From an uncultured bacterium (GTDB lineage: Bacteria; Desulfobacterota; Deferrimicrobia; Deferrimicrobiales; Deferrimicrobiaceae), in NCBI GenBank assembly GCA_963829245.1, contig CAWHIM010000008.1:67452-131451 (forward strand): 64,000 nt of DNA. The letters run 5' to 3'. A program made the position numbers and the translations under genes. Below the pieces are notes generated by a model, which saw only the letters and a program-made list of their open reading frames with translations, was not told the DNA's origin and made no database searches. Shown here piece by piece: positions 28,846-36,574 of this stretch. Positions within the stretch are counted from its first letter, which is position 1, and every line of letters starts with the position of its first letter.

Positions 28846-29088
28846 CTATGCCTTCGCCAGCTTGTACCGGTAGTAATCGTCCGCCTTTGGTTTCGGGATT
28901 TCCTCAAGGGCGCCGTACCGCCGAAGGGCCATCACCCAGAGCGTCACCTCCCGGGCCGGGCACTGCAGCGCCTCGGCAATCTCCGGGATGGTCCTGGGTT
29001 CCTCGCGAAGAAGAGACGCGATCTTCTCCTTCATGAGCATCTCGTCCCGCATCACCTCGGAAGGATCCCGTCTCCGTTCGGTCCCCAT
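28846..29088 (-). CDS. Small winged-helix-like (FeoC/MarR-like) protein of unknown function
   Basis: 80-aa ORF. SD GGGAGG lies 8 nt upstream of ATG 29088, which shares one base with the upstream TGA (TGATG). IASLLREEPRTIPEIAEALQCPAREVTLWVMALRRYGALEEI looks like a wHTH. Confidence 0.55.
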   Translation of the reverse strand: MGTERRRDPSEVMRDEMLMKEKIASLLREEPRTIPEIAEALQCPAREVTLWVMALRRYGALEEIPKPKADDYYRYKLAKA

Positions 29089-30821
29089 CAGACAGCCTCC
29101 CGGACCAGCGCGTCGATCATCCCCTTCACCTGGGCGTTGGTGTACCCCTCCAGGTCGATCGCCTCAACGGGGCACGCGGGGACGCACCCGCCGCACCCCT
29201 TGCAAAGCGCGGGGTGGACGTAGGCGATCTCCTTCTCCCCCCGGCGCACCTTCTCGACCGCTCCGTCGTAGGGACACGCTTTTTCGCACTCCCCGCACCA
29301 CGTGCACCGTTCCGTGTCGGCCTTCGCGACGAGGGGGGAAAGGTCGACATACCCCTTGAGCAGCAGCGCCGCCCCCTTGGAAACCGCCGCCAGGGAGGAA
29401 GCCACGCTCTCCGCGAGCGTTTTGGGCCCCTGGGCCGCCCCGGAGATGAAGACGCCGTCGATCAGCGTCTCCACGGGACGCAGCTTGGGATGGATCTCGT
29501 TGAAGAACCCTCCCGCGTCGATCGGGAGCTTCAGCACGTTCACGAGGGTCGCGTTCTCCCGGGGCACCATTCCGGTGACGAGGACCACGAGGTCGGCCGG
29601 GATCCCGATCTCCTCGCCGCCGAGAAGGCCGTCCCGGACCCGGACGAGCAATTCGCCGTCCGGCCGCTCCACCACCGGGGGAGCGTCCTCGGCGTACCGG
29701 ACGAAGACGGACCCTTTCCGTCCCGCCTCCTCGAAGAGGATCTCGCTTTTTCCGTAGGTCCGCATGTCGCGGTAGAGGTGATACTGGTTGACGCCGCCAT
29801 CGATCCCGTTGGCCAGGAGGGCGGTGTGGACCGCCGCCGTGCAGCAGTACCGGGAACAGTAGAGGTTCGGGTGGGGGTTCTCCTCCGTGGCCGCCTGGCG
29901 GCTGCCGACGCAGTAGACATAGACGATGTTCCGGACCTCCCGATCCGCGTATCGGAGTTTCCCGTTCGCCCCGGCAACAAGCTCCCGGAACTCCGGCAAC
30001 GTGATGACGCCCGGAAGCCCGTAACCGAATTCGCCCGCCTTCGGGGCATACGGGTCGAACCCCGTGGCGACCACGATGGCCCCGACGTGGAGCGCGATCT
30101 CCTCCGCACCGCGGACGCGGACCTTGACGGAAAAATCCCCGATGCATCCGCTTTTCCCGACCACCTCGGCGCCCGTGAAAAGCGTGATGTTCTCCCTCCG
30201 GCGGATCGCCCGATGCAGGGTGTCGATCATCTCCGCCCCTTCCCGGTCGTTGGGAAACATCTTCCCCCACGCGGGGACCCGTCCACCGACCTCCTCGGCC
30301 CGCTCCACCAGGTACACGGCCATCCCGAGGTCGGCGAGCGCCAGGGCCGCGCGCATTCCCGCGACGCCGGCCCCCACGACCAGCGCCGCGGGGGTCGTCT
30401 CGATCCGGAGGTCGGTCAGCGGCACGCCGAGCCGGGTCCGGGCGATCCCGGCCCGCACGAGGTGGATCGCCTTCCCGGTGGCCTCATCCCGTCCGCGCCG
30501 GTGCGCCCAGGAGCACTGCTCCCGGACATTGACCTGGGTGTACATGTACGGGTTCAACCCGGACCGCTGCGCCATGGCGCGGAAGGTGGTGAGATGCAGC
30601 TTGGGGGAGCAGGATGCGATCACGATGCCGTCGAGCTTCTCCTCCTGGATGGTCCGGATCATCTCCTGCTGGGAGGCCTCCGAGCAGGAGAAGAGGAACG
30701 TCTTGGCCACGGCGACCCCGGATTCCTTCTCCGCCGCGGCGCGGACCTTCTCCTCGTCGACGTAGTCGGAGATGTTCCCGCCGCAGTGGCAGATGAACGC
30801 CCCGATCCGTTTTCCGTTCAT
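29088..30821 (-). CDS. HdrA-like FAD/FeS flavoprotein (QmoA/B-type paralogue 2)
   Basis: IGAFICHCGGNISDYVD N-terminus, FAD site LVVGAGVAGMRAALALADLG, HdrA-specific cluster motif CVGSRQ...CSRYCC, C-terminal 2x CxxCxxCxxxCP. ATGA overlap with the upstream gene. Confidence 0.8.
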   Translation of the reverse strand: MNGKRIGAFICHCGGNISDYVDEEKVRAAAEKESGVAVAKTFLFSCSEASQQEMIRTIQEEKLDGIVIASCSPKLHLTTFRAMAQRSGLNPYMYTQVNVREQCSWAHRRGRDEATGKAIHLVRAGIARTRLGVPLTDLRIETTPAALVVGAGVAGMRAALALADLGMAVYLVERAEEVGGRVPAWGKMFPNDREGAEMIDTLHRAIRRRENITLFTGAEVVGKSGCIGDFSVKVRVRGAEEIALHVGAIVVATGFDPYAPKAGEFGYGLPGVITLPEFRELVAGANGKLRYADREVRNIVYVYCVGSRQAATEENPHPNLYCSRYCCTAAVHTALLANGIDGGVNQYHLYRDMRTYGKSEILFEEAGRKGSVFVRYAEDAPPVVERPDGELLVRVRDGLLGGEEIGIPADLVVLVTGMVPRENATLVNVLKLPIDAGGFFNEIHPKLRPVETLIDGVFISGAAQGPKTLAESVASSLAAVSKGAALLLKGYVDLSPLVAKADTERCTWCGECEKACPYDGAVEKVRRGEKEIAYVHPALCKGCGGCVPACPVEAIDLEGYTNAQVKGMIDALVREAV

Positions 30822-33532
30822 AGCGCCGCCCGCTTTCTCTGGAGAAAGGACGCGACCTGGGTGGCCGCCGCCCCGGAGTGAAGAATCGTGTCGGGGATGT
30901 CGCGGATCGCGGAGGCCGTCCCTGCGACGAACACCCCGTCGATGCTGGTCTTCCCCGGATCGAGGTCCTCGTCGACCTCGCGGACGTACCGGAACGGGTC
31001 CGCCGAAAGCAGGCCCGGAGGGAACATCCCGAACGCCTCGGGGTTGGCGGAGAGGCCCACCGACAGGACGACGAGGTCGTGCTCCGCCGCAAGCGTTCCC
31101 CCGTTTCCTTCGATATCCTCGTACCGCACTACGAGGTTCTCCTCCCCCGTCTCGTCGATCTTCGCCACCTTCCCCTTCACGAAGCGCACGCCCATCCCCT
31201 TGGCCTGCTCATAGAACTCCTCGTACCCTTTCCCGAAGGCCCGGATGTCGATGTAGTAGATGGTGACGTCGGCCAGCGGCAGCGCCCCCATCAGAAGCTG
31301 GGCCTGCTTGATCGAGTACATGCAGCAGACCCGGGAGCAGAGCCGGTTGTCGACGGTGCAGTCGCGGGAGCCGGTGCACAGGACGAAGGCGATGTTCGAC
31401 GGCGCCTTCCCGTCGGAGGGGCGCACGACGGCGTTGAACGGCCGGGTGGGGGCGAGGATCCGGTCCATCTGCATCGCCGTGATCACGTTCGGGTACTCTC
31501 CGAAACCGTATTCGGGCTTCCTCTTCGGGTCGAAGAGCTGAAAGCCCGTGGCGACGAGGATGGTGCCGACCTCGAGCGTTTTCCGTTCCTCCCGCATGTC
31601 GAAGCGGATGGCGCCGGCAGGGCAGGCCGCCACGCATTGGTGGCACTCCGAGCAGATCCCGCAATCCAGGCAGCGGCCGGCGCTGTAACGGGCTTCCTCC
31701 TCGGTCATCGTCTTTTCCACTTCTTCCATCGACCGGGAACGGGCGGCGGCGGGGAGCTCCAGCGGAACGACCGGAACCCGTGCCGACGGCGGCACATCCG
31801 CCCGGTCGAGCACCTCTTTGCCGTCCACCGAGGTGAGGCGGGCATCGAAGGTGATCCCGGACAGCGGGAGCCCCTGCAGGTACCGGTCGATATAGAAGGC
31901 GGCGCGCTTCCCCTGCGCGATCGCCTCGATGATCATGGAGGGGCCGGTCACGTCGTCCCCGCCGGCGAAAACGTTCGGAAGGGAGGTCGCAAGCGTCTCG
32001 GGATCGGCCTGGATCGTCCCGTCCCGGTTCAACCCGAGTTCGTTCGCGAACGGGCGGGTGCTCGGTTTCAGCCCGACGGCAAGCACCGCGATGTCCGCCG
32101 GGAGGGTGACGCCGGACCCCTTCACAGGGACCGGGCGCCGCCGGCCACTGGCGTCGGGTTCCCCCAGCTTCATGGAAAGCCACTCCACCGCGACGAGCTT
32201 CCCGTTCTCCCCGAGGAACCGGTTCGGGGTCCGGAGTTCGTGGAGTTCGACCCCCTCGTCGAGGGCGGACCGGACCTCGAAGTCGTGGGCCGGCATCTCC
32301 GCGCGGCTCCTGCGATAGTAAATGGCCACCGTCCCGGCGCCCATCCGGAGAGCCATCCGCGCCGAGTCGATCGCCACGTTCCCGCCGCCGATGACGGCCA
32401 CCCGCTTCCCCGAGAGGTCCATCTTCCCGCCGGCGTTTCCGATCGCAAGCAGCTCCATCGACTCCAGAACGCCCGGGAGCTCCTGCCCCGGCACCTCCAT
32501 CTCCTGCCCTTCCATCGTGCCCAAGGCGAGGAACGCCGCGTCGAACCCCTCGTCCTTCAGAGAGGCGATGGACACGACGGGTGTGCCGGTCCGGATCTCC
32601 ACCCCCAGGGCGGAGATATTCCGGATGTCCCGGTCCACCAGCTCCTTGGGGAGCCGGAACGGAGGGATGCCGTGACGCAGCATCCCGCCGGCCTCGGGAC
32701 CGGCCTCGAATATCGTAACGCCGTACCCCCTGCGCGCGAGGAAGTACGCGGCGGACAGCCCCGCCGGCCCGGAGCCGGCGACGGCGACCTTTTTCCCGTT
32801 CCGCGCTTCCGGCGGCCCGTACTCGGGCTCGGGGTGCCGCTCGTAGTAGTAATCGACCATGAACCGCTTGATCCCGCGGATGGGCACCTTCCCCTCGACC
32901 TCGTCCCGGGTGCACTGCCCCTCGCAAGGCGCGTAGCACGCGCGGCTCAAGGATCCGGGGAGGGGGGCATCCTCCATGTGCAGGCGGAACGCCTCCTCGT
33001 ACTTGCCGCTGCGGACGAGGGACACATAGCCGTGCGCCTTCACGCCCGCCGGGCAGGTGAAGGTACAGGGGGAGGAGCCGGCCCGATCGATGACCGCCTT
33101 CTTCGGGACCGCCTGTGGGAACGCGATGTGGGCGGCCCGCGTCGCCACCAGGCCGGCGTTGAACTTGTCGGAGATCGCCACCGTACACGCCAGCTCGCAA
33201 TCCCCGCACCCGGTGCACGCCGCGGGGTCCACGAAGGTCGGCTTCTTGAGGAGCCGGACGGCGAATGTGCCGTCGTCCTTACGGACGATCCCCTCCACTT
33301 CACTGTAGGTCAGGACGGTCAGGTTGGGATGATGCGCGGTGGCGGCCATCTTCGGGGTGGAGATGCAACTGGAGCAGTCCAGGGTCGGGAAGACCTTGCT
33401 GAGCAGGATCATCTTCCCGCCGATGGAGACCTCCTTCTCCACGAGAAGCACCTTGTACCCCATGTCGCCAAGCGTCAGGCCGGATTCCATTCCCGCGATT
33501 CCGCCGCCGACGACGAGGACGTCGTAATCCAT
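30818..33532 (-). CDS. HdrA-like flavoprotein with an inserted GltD/NfnB-like NAD(P)H-binding module
   Basis: HdrA N-terminus (VLVVGGGIAGMESG, FPTLDCSSCISTPKM, CTGCGDCELAC). Residues ~155-620 are GltD-like (CPAGVKAHGYVSLVRSGKYEEAF, CYAPCEGQC, VAVAGSGPAGLSAAYFLARRG, VAVIGGGNVAIDSAR, FAGGDDV). Then an HdrA C-terminus (CTGSRD...CSRVCC). Confidence 0.8.
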   Translation of the reverse strand: MDYDVLVVGGGIAGMESGLTLGDMGYKVLLVEKEVSIGGKMILLSKVFPTLDCSSCISTPKMAATAHHPNLTVLTYSEVEGIVRKDDGTFAVRLLKKPTFVDPAACTGCGDCELACTVAISDKFNAGLVATRAAHIAFPQAVPKKAVIDRAGSSPCTFTCPAGVKAHGYVSLVRSGKYEEAFRLHMEDAPLPGSLSRACYAPCEGQCTRDEVEGKVPIRGIKRFMVDYYYERHPEPEYGPPEARNGKKVAVAGSGPAGLSAAYFLARRGYGVTIFEAGPEAGGMLRHGIPPFRLPKELVDRDIRNISALGVEIRTGTPVVSIASLKDEGFDAAFLALGTMEGQEMEVPGQELPGVLESMELLAIGNAGGKMDLSGKRVAVIGGGNVAIDSARMALRMGAGTVAIYYRRSRAEMPAHDFEVRSALDEGVELHELRTPNRFLGENGKLVAVEWLSMKLGEPDASGRRRPVPVKGSGVTLPADIAVLAVGLKPSTRPFANELGLNRDGTIQADPETLATSLPNVFAGGDDVTGPSMIIEAIAQGKRAAFYIDRYLQGLPLSGITFDARLTSVDGKEVLDRADVPPSARVPVVPLELPAAARSRSMEEVEKTMTEEEARYSAGRCLDCGICSECHQCVAACPAGAIRFDMREERKTLEVGTILVATGFQLFDPKRKPEYGFGEYPNVITAMQMDRILAPTRPFNAVVRPSDGKAPSNIAFVLCTGSRDCTVDNRLCSRVCCMYSIKQAQLLMGALPLADVTIYYIDIRAFGKGYEEFYEQAKGMGVRFVKGKVAKIDETGEENLVVRYEDIEGNGGTLAAEHDLVVLSVGLSANPEAFGMFPPGLLSADPFRYVREVDEDLDPGKTSIDGVFVAGTASAIRDIPDTILHSGAAATQVASFLQRKRAAL

Positions 33533-33545
33533 AAGGCCTCCGACT

Positions 33546-33953
33546 TTACAGTTTGCTCAATGCCTCGGTGAATTGCCGCATGTGCGACACGAACGGCTCC
33601 GAGCAGACGGAGCAGATCGCCGCCATCTTCACTCGCCGGGGGTCCTTCCCGCGCTCCTTCAGCATCCCCTGCGCCCTTTCGGCGATCCGGGCGGTCCGGG
33701 TCGTGCAGTCGGGGAGATAGGCACAGTCGCCCCCGTCCGCGGCGATGAAGACCCCGTCGAACCCGGCCTCCAGCGCGTAGAGCACCCAGTTCGGGTTGAT
33801 GCCGCCGGAGCACGGGATGCTGATCACTTTGACGGATGGGGAGTATTCCATGTGCTGACTCCCCGCCAGGTCGATCCCCGGGTCGGAGATGTTGTTCGTG
33901 GAGAAGACCAGGATCTTCGGGCGCCCCTCCCCGGAAGGCGCGACCGTGGCCAT
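33546..33953 (-). CDS. MvhD/FlpD-like protein (methyl-viologen-reducing hydrogenase delta-subunit family)
   Basis: KVISIPCSGGINPNWVLYALEAGFDGVFIAADGGDCAY and a CSVCSE tail follow the FlpD pattern. The usual N-terminal CCxxC block reads STNNISD. Confidence 0.7.
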   Translation of the reverse strand: MATVAPSGEGRPKILVFSTNNISDPGIDLAGSQHMEYSPSVKVISIPCSGGINPNWVLYALEAGFDGVFIAADGGDCAYLPDCTTRTARIAERAQGMLKERGKDPRRVKMAAICSVCSEPFVSHMRQFTEALSKL

Positions 33954-34205
33954 CTATTTCCCCCGCTTCACGAACAGCCGCCAGTAGCCGGCCTCCTCGA
34001 CATTGCCGAGGAAGTCGTGCCCCACCTTCTTCGCCCAGAGGGGGATGTCCTCTTTGGTCCCCTCGTCGGAGGACATCACTTCCAGGACGCCGCCCACCGG
34101 CACCGCCGCGATGGCGCGCTTGGCATCGAGAAGCGGCCCGGGGCATGCCGTCGCCCGGGCGTCGATCGTCTTGTCCACTTTCAGGGTCGATAGATCCAGA
34201 GCCAT
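33954..34205 (-). CDS. tusA: TusA/SirA-family sulfur-carrier protein
   Basis: ORF 33954-34289 trimmed to ATG 34205 (SD GAAGGAGGG). IDARATACPGPLLDAKRAI holds the CPxP active-site motif. The stop abuts the mvhD-like ATG. Confidence 0.8.
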   Translation of the reverse strand: MALDLSTLKVDKTIDARATACPGPLLDAKRAIAAVPVGGVLEVMSSDEGTKEDIPLWAKKVGHDFLGNVEEAGYWRLFVKRGK

Positions 34206-34251
34206 GACGTTCCCTCCTTCTGCTTCGTTCGGAATGGATTCCAACGACCGC

Positions 34252-34599
34252 TTATAAGGCGGCCACCACGTACCGGGGGTCGATCTCAAGTGCGATCTGG
34301 CCGCGTTCCTTCATTTTGTCCAGCAGGACGGACCGGATCAGCGTGCACGCCTCGATGATCCTGCGGTCGGAGAGGCTGTAGTAGACGGTCTGACCATCCT
34401 TCCGGGTCTGCACGAGGCTTTGCGCCTTGAGCAACGACAGGTGCTGGCTCACGTTCGAGAGAGGGACCGAGATCACCTCCGCGATTTCCCCCACGCTCAT
34501 CTCCTTCTTGGCCAGCAGGGCGAGGATCATGAGCCTCTTTGGGTTCGAGAGGGTCTTGCACAGGTCGGCGTGCAACTCGAAAATATCGGTCTTTTCCAT
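34252..34599 (-). CDS. ArsR/SmtB-family transcriptional regulator (two Cys: C14, C85)
   Basis: LCKTLSNPKRLMILALL and MSVGEIAEVISVPLSNVSQHLSLLKAQSLV give the ArsR wHTH core. It is the first gene of the operon. Confidence 0.85.
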   Translation of the reverse strand: MEKTDIFELHADLCKTLSNPKRLMILALLAKKEMSVGEIAEVISVPLSNVSQHLSLLKAQSLVQTRKDGQTVYYSLSDRRIIEACTLIRSVLLDKMKERGQIALEIDPRYVVAAL

Positions 34600-34634
34600 C
34601 CTTCCCTCGTTTCTTTCGTTAATGCGTATATTCG

Positions 34635-34675
34635 TTATTCAATAAGTACGATAGCAACAAATCTTCCGCTGTCAA
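34635..34675 (-). promoter_or_regulatory. Candidate sigma-70 promoter plus palindromic operator for the arsR-led operon
   Basis: On the minus strand: TTGACA (34675-34670), a 16-nt spacer, then TATCGT (34653-34648). The palindrome TTATT-C-AATAA (34635-34645) sits at the predicted transcription start. Confidence 0.4.
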
Positions 34676-34888
34676 TATTTTTTTCCTTTTCGCATCCAGA
34701 GTGCTTTTGTCGGGTCTTTGTACCCGCGGTCCTCCGAAATTGCGCAACGCGTCCGGCGATCGGGAGGGTGAATCGCGAGAGGTCCCACCCGAATCCCATT
34801 CTAGAGTAGGTTCGATGGGGGGAAGGTCCAGGAAGGTTTTCGCTCCAAATCACGAGTTGACCGATCACCGGGAGGCGAGGAGATCGCG

Positions 34889-35440
34889 ATGAAACAGTAC
34901 AAAATAGCCGTTGTCGTCGGCAGTCTTCGTAAAGATTCGTTCAACCGCACGCTCGCAAGCGCCATCGTAAAACTCGCGCCGTCGGACTTCTCGTTCCAAC
35001 AGGTACAAATCGGCGACTTGCCGCTCTACAATCAGGACGACGATGCGGGCCCGGCCGAGTCCGTCACGCGCTTGAAACGCGAAATCACCGCTTCCCAGGG
35101 CCTTCTGTTCGTCACCGCCGAATACAACCGATCGATCCCCGGGGTACTTAAAAACGCGATCGACCACGCCTCGCGCCCTTATGGCCAGAGCGCCTGGGCG
35201 GGCAAACCCGCTGGCGTGATCGGTGTTTCGGTCGGCGCTACCGGCACATCCATGGCGCAACAGCACCTGCGGAATGTTCTTGCGTACCTGGACGTACCGA
35301 CGCTCGGCCAACCCGAAATTTTCCTCCAGATGAAGGACGGGTTGTTCGATGAGTCCGGCGGCATCGGAGCGGCAAGCAAAAAATTCCTGCAAAATTGGAT
35401 GGACCGGTATGTTGCCTGGGTGACGAAGCATGCCGCATGA
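34889..35440 (+). CDS. NADPH-dependent FMN reductase (ChrR/YieF-like)
   Basis: IAVVVGSLRKDSFNR, FVTAEYNRSIPGVLKNAIDHASRP. Confidence 0.85.
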   Translation: MKQYKIAVVVGSLRKDSFNRTLASAIVKLAPSDFSFQQVQIGDLPLYNQDDDAGPAESVTRLKREITASQGLLFVTAEYNRSIPGVLKNAIDHASRPYGQSAWAGKPAGVIGVSVGATGTSMAQQHLRNVLAYLDVPTLGQPEIFLQMKDGLFDESGGIGAASKKFLQNWMDRYVAWVTKHAA

Positions 35441-35457
35441 GGCGGCCGGAGGAAGTG

Positions 35458-35838
35458 CTACAGGATGTACATTATCGTAATTTTTTCTTCGTTGGAAACC
35501 CGGAGTCCGTGATCCGGTCGGCATACCTTTCGTTCTTTCGGAAAATCGGGAATCTTCCGGATCGCAAGGACGAGGATTCCCACCACGGAGATGAATCCGA
35601 GAAGATTGAACGAGGACTCGGCGTTCTCCTTCATCGTTTCGTGCCTGACATCGGTGGCCGGGGAAGGCTTGGGAAGCAGCAAGGTGCCCATCACATACGC
35701 GCCTTGCCATGCTAACCGCTCGGGAGGTATCGAGAATACCACGCAAGCATAAATCACGAGAAGCGCGGCCGCCGCCACGAGTTTTCTAAGAAACTTCTTT
35801 TTCTCGGTATCCTTTCGTGATTCCATGGTCTTCTCCAT
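35458..35838 (-). CDS. Hypothetical small membrane protein
   Basis: Two or three hydrophobic helices (LVAAAALLVIYACVVF, LLGFISVVGILVLAI). ATG 35826 has the better SD (GGAGAAG). AT-richer than its neighbours. No family recognised. Confidence 0.45.
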   Translation of the reverse strand: MEKTMESRKDTEKKKFLRKLVAAAALLVIYACVVFSIPPERLAWQGAYVMGTLLLPKPSPATDVRHETMKENAESSFNLLGFISVVGILVLAIRKIPDFPKERKVCRPDHGLRVSNEEKITIMYIL

Positions 35839-36099
35839 TCGATTCCCGGATCAACCCAGGTCCGTTTCTGTATATAAGATCGCCATCCGGCGAAAAATAT
35901 TCACCGAACCGTACATTTTTTATCATCCGACGGATATCCCTTCGCGAAAATGAAGGGGTTTCAGTGGAACCGGATGAAAATCCATCCCTTTCATGTTTTT
36001 TTGCGTTTCCCGAATCCCGAGGGAGGGTCATCCGAATCCAACTTGCATGCCCTGACTTGCACGCTTGCGAATCACTCCGGGACGGGAGGTCGGATTGCC

Positions 36100-36564
36100 A
36101 TGAAAAAAACAGTCCTGCTAACCTTCTTGATTGCCGGGGGTTTTTTGTGGAACGGATCCGGAATCCACGTACCAACTCCGTTCCCTCCGGAGGGCGGTTC
36201 CGAGGTCATGGCCGCCGACAACCCGGCCCGATTCGTCGAAATACCGACATTCGGGCTCGTCCGGGAAGTGACAGCCTACAACGTGGGAGAGAGGAGGCAG
36301 ACAAACGATAAGCCGTGCCTCGGGGCCACGGGGGAAAACCTCTGCCGCCTCGTCACACGGGGACTCAAGGTTTGCGCCGCGAACTTCGTCGCCCCGGAGA
36401 CGATCCTGAATATCGAAGGGTACGGCGAGTGCATCGTCCTTGATCGCATGAACCGGCGGTTTTCCCATCGCGTCGACATCGCGATGAGGCGGGACGAAAC
36501 CCACAAGGCCCTCGAATTCGGTATCCAGCGGCGGTACGTCGACGTAAAACCCGGACTCCCCTGA
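36100..36564 (+). CDS. 3D-domain (RlpA/MltA-like double-psi beta-barrel) secreted protein
   Basis: ORF 35950-36564 trimmed to ATG 36100. Signal peptide MKKTVLLTFLIAGG. EVTAYNVGERRQT and ECIVLDRMNRRFSHRVDI resemble 3D-domain proteins. Confidence 0.6.
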   Translation: MKKTVLLTFLIAGGFLWNGSGIHVPTPFPPEGGSEVMAADNPARFVEIPTFGLVREVTAYNVGERRQTNDKPCLGATGENLCRLVTRGLKVCAANFVAPETILNIEGYGECIVLDRMNRRFSHRVDIAMRRDETHKALEFGIQRRYVDVKPGLP

Positions 36565-36574
36565 AATCGGATCC

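Noticed and set aside
29164-33571. Long alternative-frame ORFs across the hdrA genes: 29214-30881 (+, 555 aa), 30878-33571 (+, 897 aa), 31209-33218 (-, 669 aa), 29164-30270 (-, 368 aa).
   Set aside because: They are shadow ORFs. The translations are Arg/Pro/Gly-rich and lack the Cys motifs and dinucleotide folds that the annotated frames show.
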